Shown piece by piece: positions 27,675-38,411 of a stretch of DNA of 64,000 bases. The notes beneath the pieces are model-generated. The model saw only the letters and a list, made by a program, of their open reading frames with translations, did no database searches and was not told the origin of the DNA. The translations under genes were made by a program, and so were the position numbers. The first letter of the stretch is position 1. Each line of letters opens with the position of its first letter. The DNA is taken from positions 1,184,001-1,248,000 of the forward strand of contig CAWETI010000003.1 of NCBI GenBank assembly GCA_963812015.1, written 5' to 3'. Source of the DNA: an uncultured delta proteobacterium (GTDB lineage Bacteria; Desulfobacterota; Desulfobaccia; Desulfobaccales; 0-14-0-80-60-11).

Positions 27675-28508
27675 ATGAATACATCCTTGCTGACAGAATG
27701 GCTGCCGCCAATCGTCTACCGGTCACTGCGCGGTTTAAATTATGAATTGAAGTTCCTGTTGTTTGCGCATAAGGAACTGTTGCATAAAAATCTGAAACTT
27801 AAGGGGGTGGCAAAGGGGAAACGTGCCTTTCTCCTTGCCACCGGCCCGAGTATCAAACAGGAAAACCTCAAACTTCTGGCGGGCGAGGATTGTTTCAGTA
27901 TCAGCAACTTTTTCCTGCATGGTGATATCCAGTTGATAAATCCGGTTTTCCAAGGATTTGCCCCTTATCATAAAGAAATGATCCTGGAAACTTATATCGA
28001 AAACCTCCAGCAGGCGGACCAGGCCCTGCCGCCCCGGACGAAGATCGTGCTCGGCCACCAGACCTACGATATGGTGCAACAATTCGGGCTTTTCCCCGGG
28101 CGTGAGGTGTTTTATCTTTATCTGGCGCCATGCGCAAGTGGGCGACAGATCAATCTCCTGCGGCCGGTAGTCGGCCTCCAGACGGGGTCTATTCTGCTGT
28201 TGCCGCTCATGATCTATATGGGATACGAGCGCATATATCTGCTCGGCTGTGACAACAATAGGATCAGGGATTACAACAAAACTAATTCCAATTTCTACCC
28301 CCCTGAATTAGATATACGCAAAGATTTCAAGAGCATTTGGATTCATGGCATTGAAGCAGAATTTGGGGGATATTTGATAATGTTCGACCAATATAAATAC
28401 TACCAAAATATTATTAAGGGAATATCAACAAGCATCATAAACTTGTCTGTGGATTCCTGGCTTGAAATGTTTCCCTTTGATAGACTTGAAAATATTATAC
28501 ACTCATAA
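27675..28508 (+). CDS. DUF115/MptE-like (Maf-related) protein, candidate nonulosonate transferase
   Basis: RAFLLATGPSI, SISNFF, IYMGYERIYLLGCD, IINLS motifs. Confidence 0.7.
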   Translation: MNTSLLTEWLPPIVYRSLRGLNYELKFLLFAHKELLHKNLKLKGVAKGKRAFLLATGPSIKQENLKLLAGEDCFSISNFFLHGDIQLINPVFQGFAPYHKEMILETYIENLQQADQALPPRTKIVLGHQTYDMVQQFGLFPGREVFYLYLAPCASGRQINLLRPVVGLQTGSILLLPLMIYMGYERIYLLGCDNNRIRDYNKTNSNFYPPELDIRKDFKSIWIHGIEAEFGGYLIMFDQYKYYQNIIKGISTSIINLSVDSWLEMFPFDRLENIIHS

Positions 28509-28738
28509 TTCGCACCGAGTAATTGATCCTGCTCCCCTTACACTTGTTGTCGGTCATGGCATTACCTCCGTGCGCGCGGATTCTGGTGATCTGGCTTGAC
28601 ACACCCGTGTGCCATGACCTTCTGTTTAACGCACCTCTTTTTGCAGAGCCTTCTGTACATTGCCTTAAGCTAATTATTGCACTGAATAATAACAAATGTT
28701 ACGGGGCAGTCCTGACATGGGTCCCAGCGTAGACTGCT

Positions 28739-29842
28739 CTACCGCCAGTTTAGGCAACAGAAGCTGTTGAGAACATCGATCACCCGCGCCACATCCTCTT
28801 CCGTGTGGTAGCTTGAAATGGGCAGACTGAGCGTCGTGGCGTGAACTTCGTCCGCCAGGGGAAATGCCGCGGCATCAAACATACCTTGCAGAGCTTTTTG
28901 CCGGTGGGGCGCCACGGGGTAGTGAATTTCCGTCAAAATGTCATGGGCCTCCAGATAATGCTTTACTTCATCCCGGCGCGGATGACGGATGTTATAAATG
29001 TGATACACATCGAAGAAGTCATCCTGGATACAGGGTTTAATGAAGTCGCCCCGCAAGCCCTGATGATAGAGCGTTGCCAGTCGCCTCTTGTGGTCATTGA
29101 TGCGGTTAAGTGCAGGGAGCTTTACCGATAGCAATGCCGCCTGCATTTCATCCAAGCGTGAATTCATGCCAACTAGGTCGTTATAATACTTCTTGGCCGA
29201 GCCATAATTGCGCAGGGCACTGATCTTCGCAGCGCAATCTTGATCATTCGTCACCACCGCACCGGCATCTCCCAAGGCTCCCAGGTTCTTGGTGGGATAA
29301 AAGCTGAAGGCCGCACAGTCACCAAAGGTCCCAGCCTTCTGGTCCTTCAGGCGGGCGCCGTGAGCCTGGGCGCAGTCTTCAAAAATCTTCAGCCCCCGCC
29401 GACGACTAATCTCGGCGATACGCTCCATCTCACAAACCTTGCCGTAAAGATGGACCACCATGATGGCGACGGTCGCATTAGTAATACGTTCTTCAATCTT
29501 ATCCGGGTCAATGTTGTAAGTGTGGATGTCAGGCTCCACCGGTACCGGTTTCAATCCAGCCTGCAGAATGGCCAGGATGGTGGCAATATAGGTGTTGGAG
29601 GGGACGAGGACCTCACTTCCCGCGGGGAAATCAAAGGCTTTGAGTGAAAGGATCAGGGCATCAAGCCCCGAAGCCACACCAACACAGTGTGACGCCCCGC
29701 AATAGTCGGCAAACTCACGCTCGAAGCGATCCACGTTCTGGCCCAAGATATACCAGCCGCTCTCCAGCGTCTCCTTGAATACTCGTCTAAACTCGTGGAA
29801 AAACGGCTCATTGACCTTGCGCAGGTTTTCGTATTCAATCAT
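28739..29842 (-). CDS. DegT-family aminotransferase (FdtB/QdtB-like)
   Basis: [55 protein letters not shown]. Confidence 0.93.
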   Translation of the reverse strand: MIEYENLRKVNEPFFHEFRRVFKETLESGWYILGQNVDRFEREFADYCGASHCVGVASGLDALILSLKAFDFPAGSEVLVPSNTYIATILAILQAGLKPVPVEPDIHTYNIDPDKIEERITNATVAIMVVHLYGKVCEMERIAEISRRRGLKIFEDCAQAHGARLKDQKAGTFGDCAAFSFYPTKNLGALGDAGAVVTNDQDCAAKISALRNYGSAKKYYNDLVGMNSRLDEMQAALLSVKLPALNRINDHKRRLATLYHQGLRGDFIKPCIQDDFFDVYHIYNIRHPRRDEVKHYLEAHDILTEIHYPVAPHRQKALQGMFDAAAFPLADEVHATTLSLPISSYHTEEDVARVIDVLNSFCCLNWR

Positions 29843-30899
29843 GGCTTCTCGGTTGTCTCAACCAGTTGTCGACATGTATTTTCATAATCAAGAGACTGTA
29901 CTTATAACGTAACCAGGCAAAAACCAGAGTGGTGTGCAGTTTATCATTTCCACCTCCTTCTCTAAATGCATGGCGGAGACTGACAGTTTCGGGGCCTAAT
30001 TCCATAATGGAACGGCAAATAGCACGGGCGCCTAAATTCCCATGGACCACATTCCTTCTTCCTAACTTGGCGGCGTAGGCATGAATGTGATTGTCACAGA
30101 TAGTCAAAAGGTGTTTGGTCAGATCGCTGGATAGGGATGGGTGTCGCAACACCTTGCCGCTCCGCCGCACCAGTTCCTGACCCGCTTCATGGTACTTATC
30201 CAATTCCACGTTAGTGCAGCCCCACGCACCGTCGTGAATCCGGTAGAGAACCAGCGGTGCGTCACTATAAATAATTTTTTCGAACCGTGCACACCGCACC
30301 AGGAATATGTACTCGCCATAGAGCCCGACCGCCGAGGCACACAATTCTTCCACACCGCCCACTACGCTCCGGAGCTTAGAAGTATCAAACAAGCCATAAG
30401 GCGAGATTATCTTCAGCCGACCAGCAAAGTATCTGTGAAGGAACTCCCGGCCGGTGAGCACCCACACGGAGCTCTGGGAAATGAATTCGGGTTGTGGTGC
30501 ATCCGTCCCCCGAAATACCCTGTACGAGGAAAAAAAAACCGGGGGAAATCCGGTTTCTACCAGGAGGTCGTGGGCTGTCCGCAGAAAGCCAAGTTCATAG
30601 AGGTCATCATCAGCTATCCACGTGAAATAGCGCCCTGAAGCCATAGCGAGCAGCGCATTCATATTCCCCACTTCCTGCAAGTTATGGGGATGGTTGACGA
30701 AGCGGATACGCGGGTCTGATATACCGAACAGCTCGCCACTCAGAATGTCAGCTTGATAATCATTACCGACAATCACCTCGAAGTCGGCAAAAGTCTGGGC
30801 AAGGATTGAGGTGAGTGTCTGCCGCAAAAGATCGTGCCGGTTATAGGTTGTTACACCTATACTAAAAAACGGCTGTGGTCCATGATCCTTTTCTACCAC
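29835..30899 (-). CDS. Glycosyltransferase family 2
   Basis: [33 protein letters not shown]. Confidence 0.88.
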   Translation of the reverse strand: MVEKDHGPQPFFSIGVTTYNRHDLLRQTLTSILAQTFADFEVIVGNDYQADILSGELFGISDPRIRFVNHPHNLQEVGNMNALLAMASGRYFTWIADDDLYELGFLRTAHDLLVETGFPPVFFSSYRVFRGTDAPQPEFISQSSVWVLTGREFLHRYFAGRLKIISPYGLFDTSKLRSVVGGVEELCASAVGLYGEYIFLVRCARFEKIIYSDAPLVLYRIHDGAWGCTNVELDKYHEAGQELVRRSGKVLRHPSLSSDLTKHLLTICDNHIHAYAAKLGRRNVVHGNLGARAICRSIMELGPETVSLRHAFREGGGNDKLHTTLVFAWLRYKYSLLIMKIHVDNWLRQPRSHD

Positions 30900-31828
30900 C
30901 TGCGGACACCCTTCAGAAGCGCCACCGATTCGGCCACCCGTTGGTGCAGGTCACCCGTAAACTGAAAGCCGAGATTGCTGAATTTCCGACATGATACCGT
31001 GTAAGACAGTTGGTTCATAATCTTGGAATCCACGTAACTGACTTGAACATCCGGCACGAATTTGGATATGGCGGCCACGACCTCCCGCACCGTTGCATTC
31101 ATGGTAAGGACGTTGTAAGTCTCTCCGGGAAACAGGTCGCGTTCAATAATAAAATGGAAGGCCCGGACGGCATCCTCCAGGTCGAGGTAGGGCCGGTTCT
31201 GATCCATGGCTGAGGACCACACTGTGAGAGGAGCTCCCATACAGGCCTGCCAGATGAACTTGTTGACCGCCGTGTGAAAGCGCATCCCTGGTGAAGCACC
31301 GAAAATGGTGCCGAAACGACAAGTTACAAACTTAAGGCCTACTGCGTCCCGCATCTCCTGTAGCAGCAGTTCGGCTTTCAGTTTACTTTCAGCATAGGGA
31401 CTCTGGGGCCTCAGATAGTCAAGGGGAAGCGCTTCGTCCACTTCGTCCTCCTGGACCCCATACACGCTGGTGGTGGAGATAAAGAGAAGCCTGCTGCCAC
31501 TCGCGGTACAAGCACGAGCTACCCGTTCGGTGCCCTGAAAGTTTATACGCTCGACCTCCTGGGCGCTCTCTACGCTGGCCTCGGCATTGGTTCGGGCAGC
31601 CAAGTGGATCACCACATCCATGCCTTGCAGCAGTTCCTCCAGATCGGCGGTCAGGATATCCGCATCGATAAAGCGGAACGGAATCCCATCGGGCAGGTTA
31701 AAAAGCGACGGATAACGCTGAGTCGACAGGTTGTCAACCAGATAAACGTTATTATACCAGCCTGTAGGAATGGAATGGATCAAGCGTGAGCCGATGTGGC
31801 CGAGCGCTCCAGTGATAAGCAGATTCAT
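30893..31828 (-). CDS. NAD-dependent epimerase/dehydratase (extended SDR; possible 4-ketoreductase)
   Basis: ITGALGHIGS, HLAA, STTSVYG, YAESK, RFGTIFG; start at MNLLITG. Confidence 0.9.
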   Translation of the reverse strand: MNLLITGALGHIGSRLIHSIPTGWYNNVYLVDNLSTQRYPSLFNLPDGIPFRFIDADILTADLEELLQGMDVVIHLAARTNAEASVESAQEVERINFQGTERVARACTASGSRLLFISTTSVYGVQEDEVDEALPLDYLRPQSPYAESKLKAELLLQEMRDAVGLKFVTCRFGTIFGASPGMRFHTAVNKFIWQACMGAPLTVWSSAMDQNRPYLDLEDAVRAFHFIIERDLFPGETYNVLTMNATVREVVAAISKFVPDVQVSYVDSKIMNQLSYTVSCRKFSNLGFQFTGDLHQRVAESVALLKGVRRW

Positions 31829-31865
31829 GATTATGTCCTTCTGCGTATGAAAATCTGCATATTTC

Positions 31866-32603
31866 TTAATCCTTGACGCAACGGAGGTATCCCCCCGGAT
31901 TGCACGTGAAGAGGAGCTTGTTATCGATCCGCATGTCAACCTCAAAACGGTCATTATGCTTCAGGAATTCATCCAATGCGGTCTTAGGGCTGTTCCCCGG
32001 CCCCCACGGCCTGCTGCGGTGAGTCTGTTCTGGGATGTACTCCACGATGGTATCGCTGCAGATCAGGTAGTGCCCCTTACCGATCAGGGGTGAGTAGAGT
32101 TCCAACTCCTTGGCCACATGCTCATGGGTGTGGTAGGAGTCCAGCAGAATAAGTACGTCGCGGCACCCGCCTAAAATATCCTTAACTCGCACCAGAGTCC
32201 TGTCCTCGGTAGAGGCGCCATTGATGAGCTCCAGCCGCGCAGAAAGCCGGCCATGGGACGCGAGGCGCGCCTTCAGATCATCGGGCATGTAGATGTCGAT
32301 GCCGATAACCTTCTCACCCCCCAACACCTCGAGCAGCATCGCGCTAAAGAGGAGAGACCCCCCCCAGGCCACCCCTACTTCGACGATGTACTGGGGCCGG
32401 GTCGCGAAGATGATCTCCTGCAGGGCAAACAAATCCTGGGGAAGATTCAGCACCGGCTCCCCCATCCAGGTGGTCTGGTGGATCCAGCGGTAGTGGTCGG
32501 CCCGCATCAAGATATCCAGGGCATCTTTCTTTAAGGCCGTATCTGCAGACATTTCCGCCGCGGAAGCGATCCTCAACTGTTCAAATTCTTCGCGGGTGTA
32601 CAT
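31866..32603 (-). CDS. Cephalosporin hydroxylase CmcI-family protein (probable sugar O-methyltransferase)
   Basis: TWMGEPVLNLPQD, VEVGVAWGGS, LDSYHTHEHV, WGPGNSP. Confidence 0.88.
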   Translation of the reverse strand: MYTREEFEQLRIASAAEMSADTALKKDALDILMRADHYRWIHQTTWMGEPVLNLPQDLFALQEIIFATRPQYIVEVGVAWGGSLLFSAMLLEVLGGEKVIGIDIYMPDDLKARLASHGRLSARLELINGASTEDRTLVRVKDILGGCRDVLILLDSYHTHEHVAKELELYSPLIGKGHYLICSDTIVEYIPEQTHRSRPWGPGNSPKTALDEFLKHNDRFEVDMRIDNKLLFTCNPGGYLRCVKD

Positions 32604-32636
32604 GGTTTTATTACCTTTCATACGGAGTCATTCGCT

Positions 32637-33650
32637 TCAGCGGAGGTATTCATGGCTGCAGGAACGATAGTAAGTACCGGTTATGCGCAGGCCCTGTTCC
32701 AGATTGGTGTCCGGCGACCATGGGACGAGCTCTTTGAATTTACGGTTGCTGAGGACCGCGTCCCCCATCTCAATCACCTTGCGCTCGTTAGGCCAAGGGA
32801 TATACCGGACACTGCCCGAGCCGATGTGGCGCACGGTCTCCTCCGCTATCCGGGCAACGCTGTAATGCTCATCTCCGACGACAAGGAACACCTCGCCGTT
32901 GGTCGCTTCAAGTTGTGAAGCCATCACCAGAGCTCTCACCGCATCATCAATATACAGCAGATTCCTGAGCTGCTCGCCCTCACCGAACACGGTGATTTCC
33001 TTCCCTTGTAGCGCCAGTCCGATGAAGAAATTATTGAAGGTAAAATCGGGGCTGTGTATCGCGGCCCGGGGACCGAAAATATTCGGCAAGCGCAAAACCG
33101 TGACCGGGATACCATAGGCTCTGCCGTAGATCAGGACATACTTTTCGGAGACGCTCTTGCTGGCGGAATAGACATCGGTGGGAAATTCGGAATGGTTCTC
33201 ATCCGCCGGCTTATAATGCAGCCGCCCCAACTGGGTGGTCGTGCCAAGGTGGACGAACTTGACCCGTCGGTTGAACCGCCGCGTGGCTTCGAGCAGGTTG
33301 ATGACCCCCTTGCTGTTCACATCGGCATTGACCCATGGCTCCCGCATCGAAAAGGGATGGGACGTGGAAGCCGCACAGTTGAAGATGATATCCTTGTTAT
33401 CGATGACCCGGCAAACGTCGCTGAAATTGAGAATATCGGAGCGGATAACCTCAACCTGGCTTTGGATCCCTTCAATATTGAAGAGATTGCCGCCTGAATT
33501 AGGGTCCAGGCAGTCATAGATGGTGACTTGGGCACCACTCTGCAGGCAGGCGTGAGCCAGGTTGCTACCGATAAACCCGAAGCCCCCCGTGATAAGAATT
33601 TTCAGGCCATCGAGCCGAGGAATCGTGAAACTGTCGCTAGTTATGCCCAT
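32637..33650 (-). CDS. NAD-dependent epimerase/dehydratase
   Basis: ITGGFGFIGSNL, YSASK, LRLPNIFGP, VFGEGEQLR. Confidence 0.9.
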   Translation of the reverse strand: MGITSDSFTIPRLDGLKILITGGFGFIGSNLAHACLQSGAQVTIYDCLDPNSGGNLFNIEGIQSQVEVIRSDILNFSDVCRVIDNKDIIFNCAASTSHPFSMREPWVNADVNSKGVINLLEATRRFNRRVKFVHLGTTTQLGRLHYKPADENHSEFPTDVYSASKSVSEKYVLIYGRAYGIPVTVLRLPNIFGPRAAIHSPDFTFNNFFIGLALQGKEITVFGEGEQLRNLLYIDDAVRALVMASQLEATNGEVFLVVGDEHYSVARIAEETVRHIGSGSVRYIPWPNERKVIEMGDAVLSNRKFKELVPWSPDTNLEQGLRITGTYYRSCSHEYLR

Positions 33651-34780
33651 CACGACCCGTTCTCCTTTCTCCCGAGGATACTCCGGATGGCGTTGCACTG
33701 GGCATCAATCTGGTCGTCGGCCAGATTCATGGCACAGGAGAGGTTGATCCCCCGTAACGATATGTCGTAGGCCACGGGGTTTTTCACCCGGTAGCGCTCC
33801 TCTAACCCGGGATATGCCGGCAGCGAGGAGAGTGGGTAGAAGAACGGCCGGGACGGGATCCCTCGCTCTTCCATGCCGCGCATCACGTCGAACTTGGTCA
33901 CTCCATATAACCTACCAAAAACGAGCGCGGTAGTCCAGGCACCGTTGATCACGTATTCGGGCTCGTGGTTGAACTGCAAGTCCTCCAGGTCACTCAGCCG
34001 CTCCCGGTAGGCCCTGAGGAACTCGCGCTTCTTCCCCACCAACTCCTCGATGCGCTGAAATTGGGCATAGCCCAGGGCCGCCTGGAGGTTAAAAGGCATG
34101 TACTTAAAAGTAACTTCAGAGTTGTAATAAGGCACACCCGCCACTCTGCCGTGATCGCGCAGGAACATGCAGCGTTCGTAGAGCACATCATCGTCCAGCA
34201 ACAGCATACCCCCTTCTCCGGTGGTGATGGTCTTGGTGCGGTGAAAGCTGAAGACCGAGCCGATGCCGAATTTACCGGCCCGTACTCCCTTGTATACCGA
34301 CCCCAGGGCCTCAGCGGCATCCTCCACCAGCGGGATGCCATACTCCTCGGACAGCGCCAGCAGTTCGTCCATCAGCGGCATATTGCCATACAGATCCACT
34401 ACGATGATTGCCTTAGTCTTCGGGGTAATGCTTTGCCGCACCGAGTCCGGGTCGAGGCACCAGTTTTCAGGCTCGATATCGCAGAATATCGGAGTGGCCC
34501 GGAGGTAGGTAATGGGTGCAGCCGTGGCGATCCACGTGCACTCGGGGCAGATAACTTCGTCTCCTTCGGTGATTCCCATGCCGGCCAGCAATAAGTGAAT
34601 GGCCGTGGTGCAGTTGGGCGTCATGATGCCATACCGGCGCCCATGGTAAGAGGCAAACTCTTTCTGGAACGTCTCAACGTAATAGTAGGCTTTTTCATAC
34701 CAGCCATTACGCATAGCATCCTCTACCACCTTTATTTCATGCTCCGTGATCCAGGGACCAGCCATAAAAATTTGGCTCAT
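33650..34780 (-). CDS. DegT-family aminotransferase (perosamine synthase-like)
   Basis: NCTTAIHL, EDAAEALG, SFHRTKTITTGEGG, RDHG, RPFFYPL; start at MSQIF. Confidence 0.92.
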   Translation of the reverse strand: MSQIFMAGPWITEHEIKVVEDAMRNGWYEKAYYYVETFQKEFASYHGRRYGIMTPNCTTAIHLLLAGMGITEGDEVICPECTWIATAAPITYLRATPIFCDIEPENWCLDPDSVRQSITPKTKAIIVVDLYGNMPLMDELLALSEEYGIPLVEDAAEALGSVYKGVRAGKFGIGSVFSFHRTKTITTGEGGMLLLDDDVLYERCMFLRDHGRVAGVPYYNSEVTFKYMPFNLQAALGYAQFQRIEELVGKKREFLRAYRERLSDLEDLQFNHEPEYVINGAWTTALVFGRLYGVTKFDVMRGMEERGIPSRPFFYPLSSLPAYPGLEERYRVKNPVAYDISLRGINLSCAMNLADDQIDAQCNAIRSILGRKENGS

Positions 34781-34803
34781 AAAACTCTCCCCCGAGGAAA
34801 TAT

Positions 34804-35562
34804 TTATGGTCGGCGCTGCCAGAGATAGAGCCTGGTAGGCCCGAAATCCCCGATCGGCGGCAGTTTGCAAGACAGCAGGTTGATCTCTGAATCGTAGCGC
34901 AACTCTTCACCCTTGTCTCGCGCCAGAGCCGCATAGACGACTCGACTCAAGAAATAATAAGTGCTGGAAAAAGGCACCACGTCAACAAGGGCATAGCTTG
35001 CGCTGGCCCACAGGGTAACCAGATTTTCATCCATGAAGACATTGTGCCAGGGTGGATCGATCCGCTCAAGGTTTAAAAGAGACCTCAAGGCATTAGTTCG
35101 TTCGAGCCCTTGCATGAAACTTTCTATCATGAGATAGTAACCACCCGGTTTCAGAAAAGACATGATTTCAACAAACGCTTTGTGCTGTGTTTCGTGACTA
35201 TCGAGATTGATGAGGCATCGTTCGGTTAAGGCATAATCAAATTGGCCGACGCCAATCGGTAACCCGGGAACTTTGCCCTGTTCGAATACAAGTTTTGCAC
35301 CATATCCCTGTTCTTCCGCGGATGATTTGGCAATACTCACCATCTCTCCCGCAAAATCAAAACCCATACCCTCACAGTTCTTTTCTTGAGCCAGTTTTAA
35401 TAGGGTATCGCCGTTGCCACAGCCGATCTCCAAGATGCGTGAATTTTCCTTTATTGTATTTAAGATTAGGACCTGTTCAAGATTTTTGAGTAAGAAATCA
35501 TCGCTGCCAGCTACTCCCCCCAACTTGGCACGCTCATTCCAAAATTCTTTAATCTTATTCAT
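34804..35562 (-). CDS. Class I SAM-dependent methyltransferase
   Basis: ILEIGCGNG, GFDFA, TERCLINL, LKPGG. Confidence 0.88.
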   Translation of the reverse strand: MNKIKEFWNERAKLGGVAGSDDFLLKNLEQVLILNTIKENSRILEIGCGNGDTLLKLAQEKNCEGMGFDFAGEMVSIAKSSAEEQGYGAKLVFEQGKVPGLPIGVGQFDYALTERCLINLDSHETQHKAFVEIMSFLKPGGYYLMIESFMQGLERTNALRSLLNLERIDPPWHNVFMDENLVTLWASASYALVDVVPFSSTYYFLSRVVYAALARDKGEELRYDSEINLLSCKLPPIGDFGPTRLYLWQRRP

Positions 35563-35860
35563 AATTCCAAGCCTCTCACCATTAGTGAGATCTTTCCCTC
35601 TGCCCTTTGATTACGCTATGCTTATTGAGGGTAGAATCAATAACCCTTCTTCTGAGATGGTGACATCACTACCAATAGTAGGCCTGGACTAAACGATCGT
35701 CCCGACCATGATATACATTTCTCTGCGAGTCAATCCCATAACCGTTGCTCTCGTGGTAATCCACAGCATCAGCAAGGAACACCACCCAGTTCTCCATATG
35801 GAATCACCTTAGGGGCAACCCGTTAATCTGCACTTTATGCATTAACTATGAAACCCCCTT

Positions 35861-36672
35861 CTATACCGTTTGGTCTCTTGTAAAAAGCAGGTTGCAGGTA
35901 TGCCCCACACGGTATTCCCTTGGAAAATTATCCTGAATGTTACACCCCATCACATAAACTTTTAAAACAAAGCCTATATCCTAATTGATTCATAGTAGTG
36001 ATAAATTAGCCTATATTGATAAACTGGTAAGACCAACAACATCCTGGTATATTAATCTGTTTGGTCACCTAAGTTGGAATATCTCCTGCTGAAAGCCTAA
36101 CAAATAAAAAGTACTCAGGTTTATAGTTACAAAGGTTTTTCAAGAGTGATGGATAATCTTCAATGTATTGCAATACACTATTCATAATGGATTATATCAA
36201 AATTTGAAATGTGCTCGGGCAATCTAGAATGAAAGAATACCTGAGGATTTTTTTGAAAATTCAAGCGCCCAAGCTGGCAAACCTTGTCTGATTCAACTAT
36301 ATGGAATTCGAGGTTATCTATTTGAGGGACCGCTTTCTTTAGGTAAAGATAACCGACGCCGGCACCGCCACCGAAATCTAATATTTTAATATTATTGTTA
36401 AAATTGGCCATTGTGGAGATTATGACCACGAGAAACGGTAGAAGCGAACTATCGCCCTTGAGGAGACTTGGGATTGTCTCTCCTTCGGTTATTTCTCTGG
36501 TTTCCCTTTCAACAATATTGGTCCAGATATCACCATCAAAACCTTCTCCTTTAACCTCAATCTCTCTAAAAGAATTGTACACGCCCTCCCAGGTCTTTTG
36601 AGGCCTCAGCTGACGATATAGTTGAACAACCATAGGCACAGCGAGTCCCCGCAGGCATTTTCTGATATTCAT
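35861..36672 (-). pseudogene. Methyltransferase (TIGR04325-like) pseudogene
   Basis: ILDFGGGAGVGY and FHIVES, frameshift near 36180, then NSVLQYIEDY...FVRLSAGDIPT*...FINIG*...DNFPREYRVGHTCNLLF with internal stops. Confidence 0.8.
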
Positions 36673-37127
36673 GTTATGGACGGCCCTCTTAGCCAGTCGA
36701 AGTCAATGTCAGGATCGTTATAGGCAATGCGGATTTCATCTGCCGGGTTGTAGGCCCGGGATGTCAGGTAGAGTAGGTTGACCGGCCCCTGGACGGTCTT
36801 GCAGCCGTGGGCGATGCCAGGCGGGATCTTCAGCACCCGGGGTGGCTGGAAGTCGCCCATCAGGAAGTCCATGGTCTGCTTATGGGTGGGCGAATCGAGG
36901 CGCAGGTCGCAGAGCCCCACCCGCAAGACCCCGGTGACCACGTACCACCAGTCGGTCTGGAGACGGTGAAAATGCCAGGCCTTGATCACCCTGTCGAACA
37001 TCAGGGAGTGACTCCACTGGCCAAACCCATCGCTGAAAAAATCATCGGTAACCCGAATAATCTCCCGGAAAAAACCGCGCTCATCGGTGTGGGTGGTCAG
37101 TTCCTTGAAAATAACCCCTTCAATCAT
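36669..37127 (-). CDS. dTDP-4-dehydrorhamnose 3,5-epimerase family (RmlC-like cupin)
   Basis: DERGFFREI, IKAWHFH, DLR-DSPT, IPPGIAHG, YNPADE. Confidence 0.9.
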   Translation of the reverse strand: MIEGVIFKELTTHTDERGFFREIIRVTDDFFSDGFGQWSHSLMFDRVIKAWHFHRLQTDWWYVVTGVLRVGLCDLRLDSPTHKQTMDFLMGDFQPPRVLKIPPGIAHGCKTVQGPVNLLYLTSRAYNPADEIRIAYNDPDIDFDWLRGPSIT

Positions 37128-37190
37128 ACTATCTTCTCCCGAAAAAATACAGAGTCCAGGTTCCCACCGGGTAACGGCGGAGCCCCTGGG

Positions 37191-38411
37191 TCAATCCAGC
37201 ACCGCCACCTGGGGGACGTACAGGATCCACTTGCCGCCCGCGGCTCGGAACGCGGTTTCCTTTTCCATGATCTCCTGGGCATGGTTCCAGGCGAACAGCA
37301 GGGCAAAGTCGGGGTAGTGGCGCACAAACTCCTCGTAGGGGCGCACCTGGATGTGGGCGCCGGGGCTGTATTTGCCCTGTTTGATGGGAGTGGTGTCGCT
37401 GATAAACTCCACCAACTCCGGCGTGATGCCGCAGTAATTGGTGATAGTGGTGCTCTTGGAGGTGGCGCCGTAGCCCACTACGCGTCGGCCTCGGGACTTC
37501 AGGTCCTTCAGCAGCGCCATGAGCCGGTCCCGGGAATGTTCGCAGTTCCGGCGGAACTGGTCGTAGGTGGCGGGGAGGTGTAGGCCCAGACCTCGTTCCT
37601 TTTCCCGTTGGGCGGCCACGTGGGAGGAAACCGGCCGGGCTCCCTGGGGCGCGATGACATAGCGCATGGAGCCGCCGTGGGTCGTCTGGGGCTCAATATC
37701 GATGACCTCCAGGCCGTATTGCGCAAAGAGATAGCTGATGGAAGCGACGGAAAAGAGAAAGGTATGCTCGTCATAAATCTGATCGTAGGAGGTATTTTCC
37801 AGCACCTCACCCAGGTAGGGGTCCTCGAACAGGGCCACCCCGCCAGGCTTGAGCAGAATCCTGATCCCTTCGACAATGGAATGGATATAGGGAATGTGGC
37901 ACATGACGTTGGCAGCCAGGAAGGCATCCGCCTGTCCGTGTTCGGCAACGATATGCCGCGCCAAGTCAGCCCCGAAAAATTCGGTGACGGTGTTGATCCC
38001 CTGATCGATGGCGACCTGGGCCACGTTTTTGGAAGGTTCGATCCCCAGGTGCCGGACGCCGGTGGCAGCGAAATTTTGCAGCATGATCCCATCGTTGCTC
38101 CCCATTTCCACCACAAACGGATCGTCCCCGGCAAGGTAATCCGCCATGACGTGGTGGGCGAAGGCCTTGAAATGGAGCGCCATGTAGCGGGAGGTGCCGG
38201 AGAAAAAGGCGTAGTTGTCGTGAAACATCCGCTCCCGGGCCGGCTGGTCCAGCAGCTGCACCATGCCACAGGTGTGGCAAAAACCCACCTGCATGCGGAA
38301 ACGGTATTCACCGGCGAATTGTTCGGGAAGCAGGAAGCCGTTTCCCAGGGGCATGTCGCCGAAATCGATAAACGGCTCCAGGGCAGCTTTACAGATGAGA
38401 CAGTCTTTCAT
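37191..38411 (-). CDS. NDP-hexose C-methyltransferase (TylC3/NovU/TcaB9-like)
   Basis: N-terminal CLIC and CHTC zinc site, VEMGSNDG, ANVMCHIP, YDQIYDEH, HGGSMRY, GYGATSKS, FAWNH. Confidence 0.9.
   Translation of the reverse strand: MKDCLICKAALEPFIDFGDMPLGNGFLLPEQFAGEYRFRMQVGFCHTCGMVQLLDQPARERMFHDNYAFFSGTSRYMALHFKAFAHHVMADYLAGDDPFVVEMGSNDGIMLQNFAATGVRHLGIEPSKNVAQVAIDQGINTVTEFFGADLARHIVAEHGQADAFLAANVMCHIPYIHSIVEGIRILLKPGGVALFEDPYLGEVLENTSYDQIYDEHTFLFSVASISYLFAQYGLEVIDIEPQTTHGGSMRYVIAPQGARPVSSHVAAQREKERGLGLHLPATYDQFRRNCEHSRDRLMALLKDLKSRGRRVVGYGATSKSTTITNYCGITPELVEFISDTTPIKQGKYSPGAHIQVRPYEEFVRHYPDFALLFAWNHAQEIMEKETAFRAAGGKWILYVPQVAVLD

Noticed and set aside
28495..28732. Short ORFs at the convergent junction, including MTDNKCKGSRINYSVRIMSV with a GGAGG RBS on the minus strand
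   Set aside because: Too short to assign; possibly the cut start of the next cassette gene, but unsupported
35590..35842. Possible decayed hexapeptide acetyltransferase (PTIGSDVTIS) on the minus strand
   Set aside because: Only one short motif across broken frames; not enough to call
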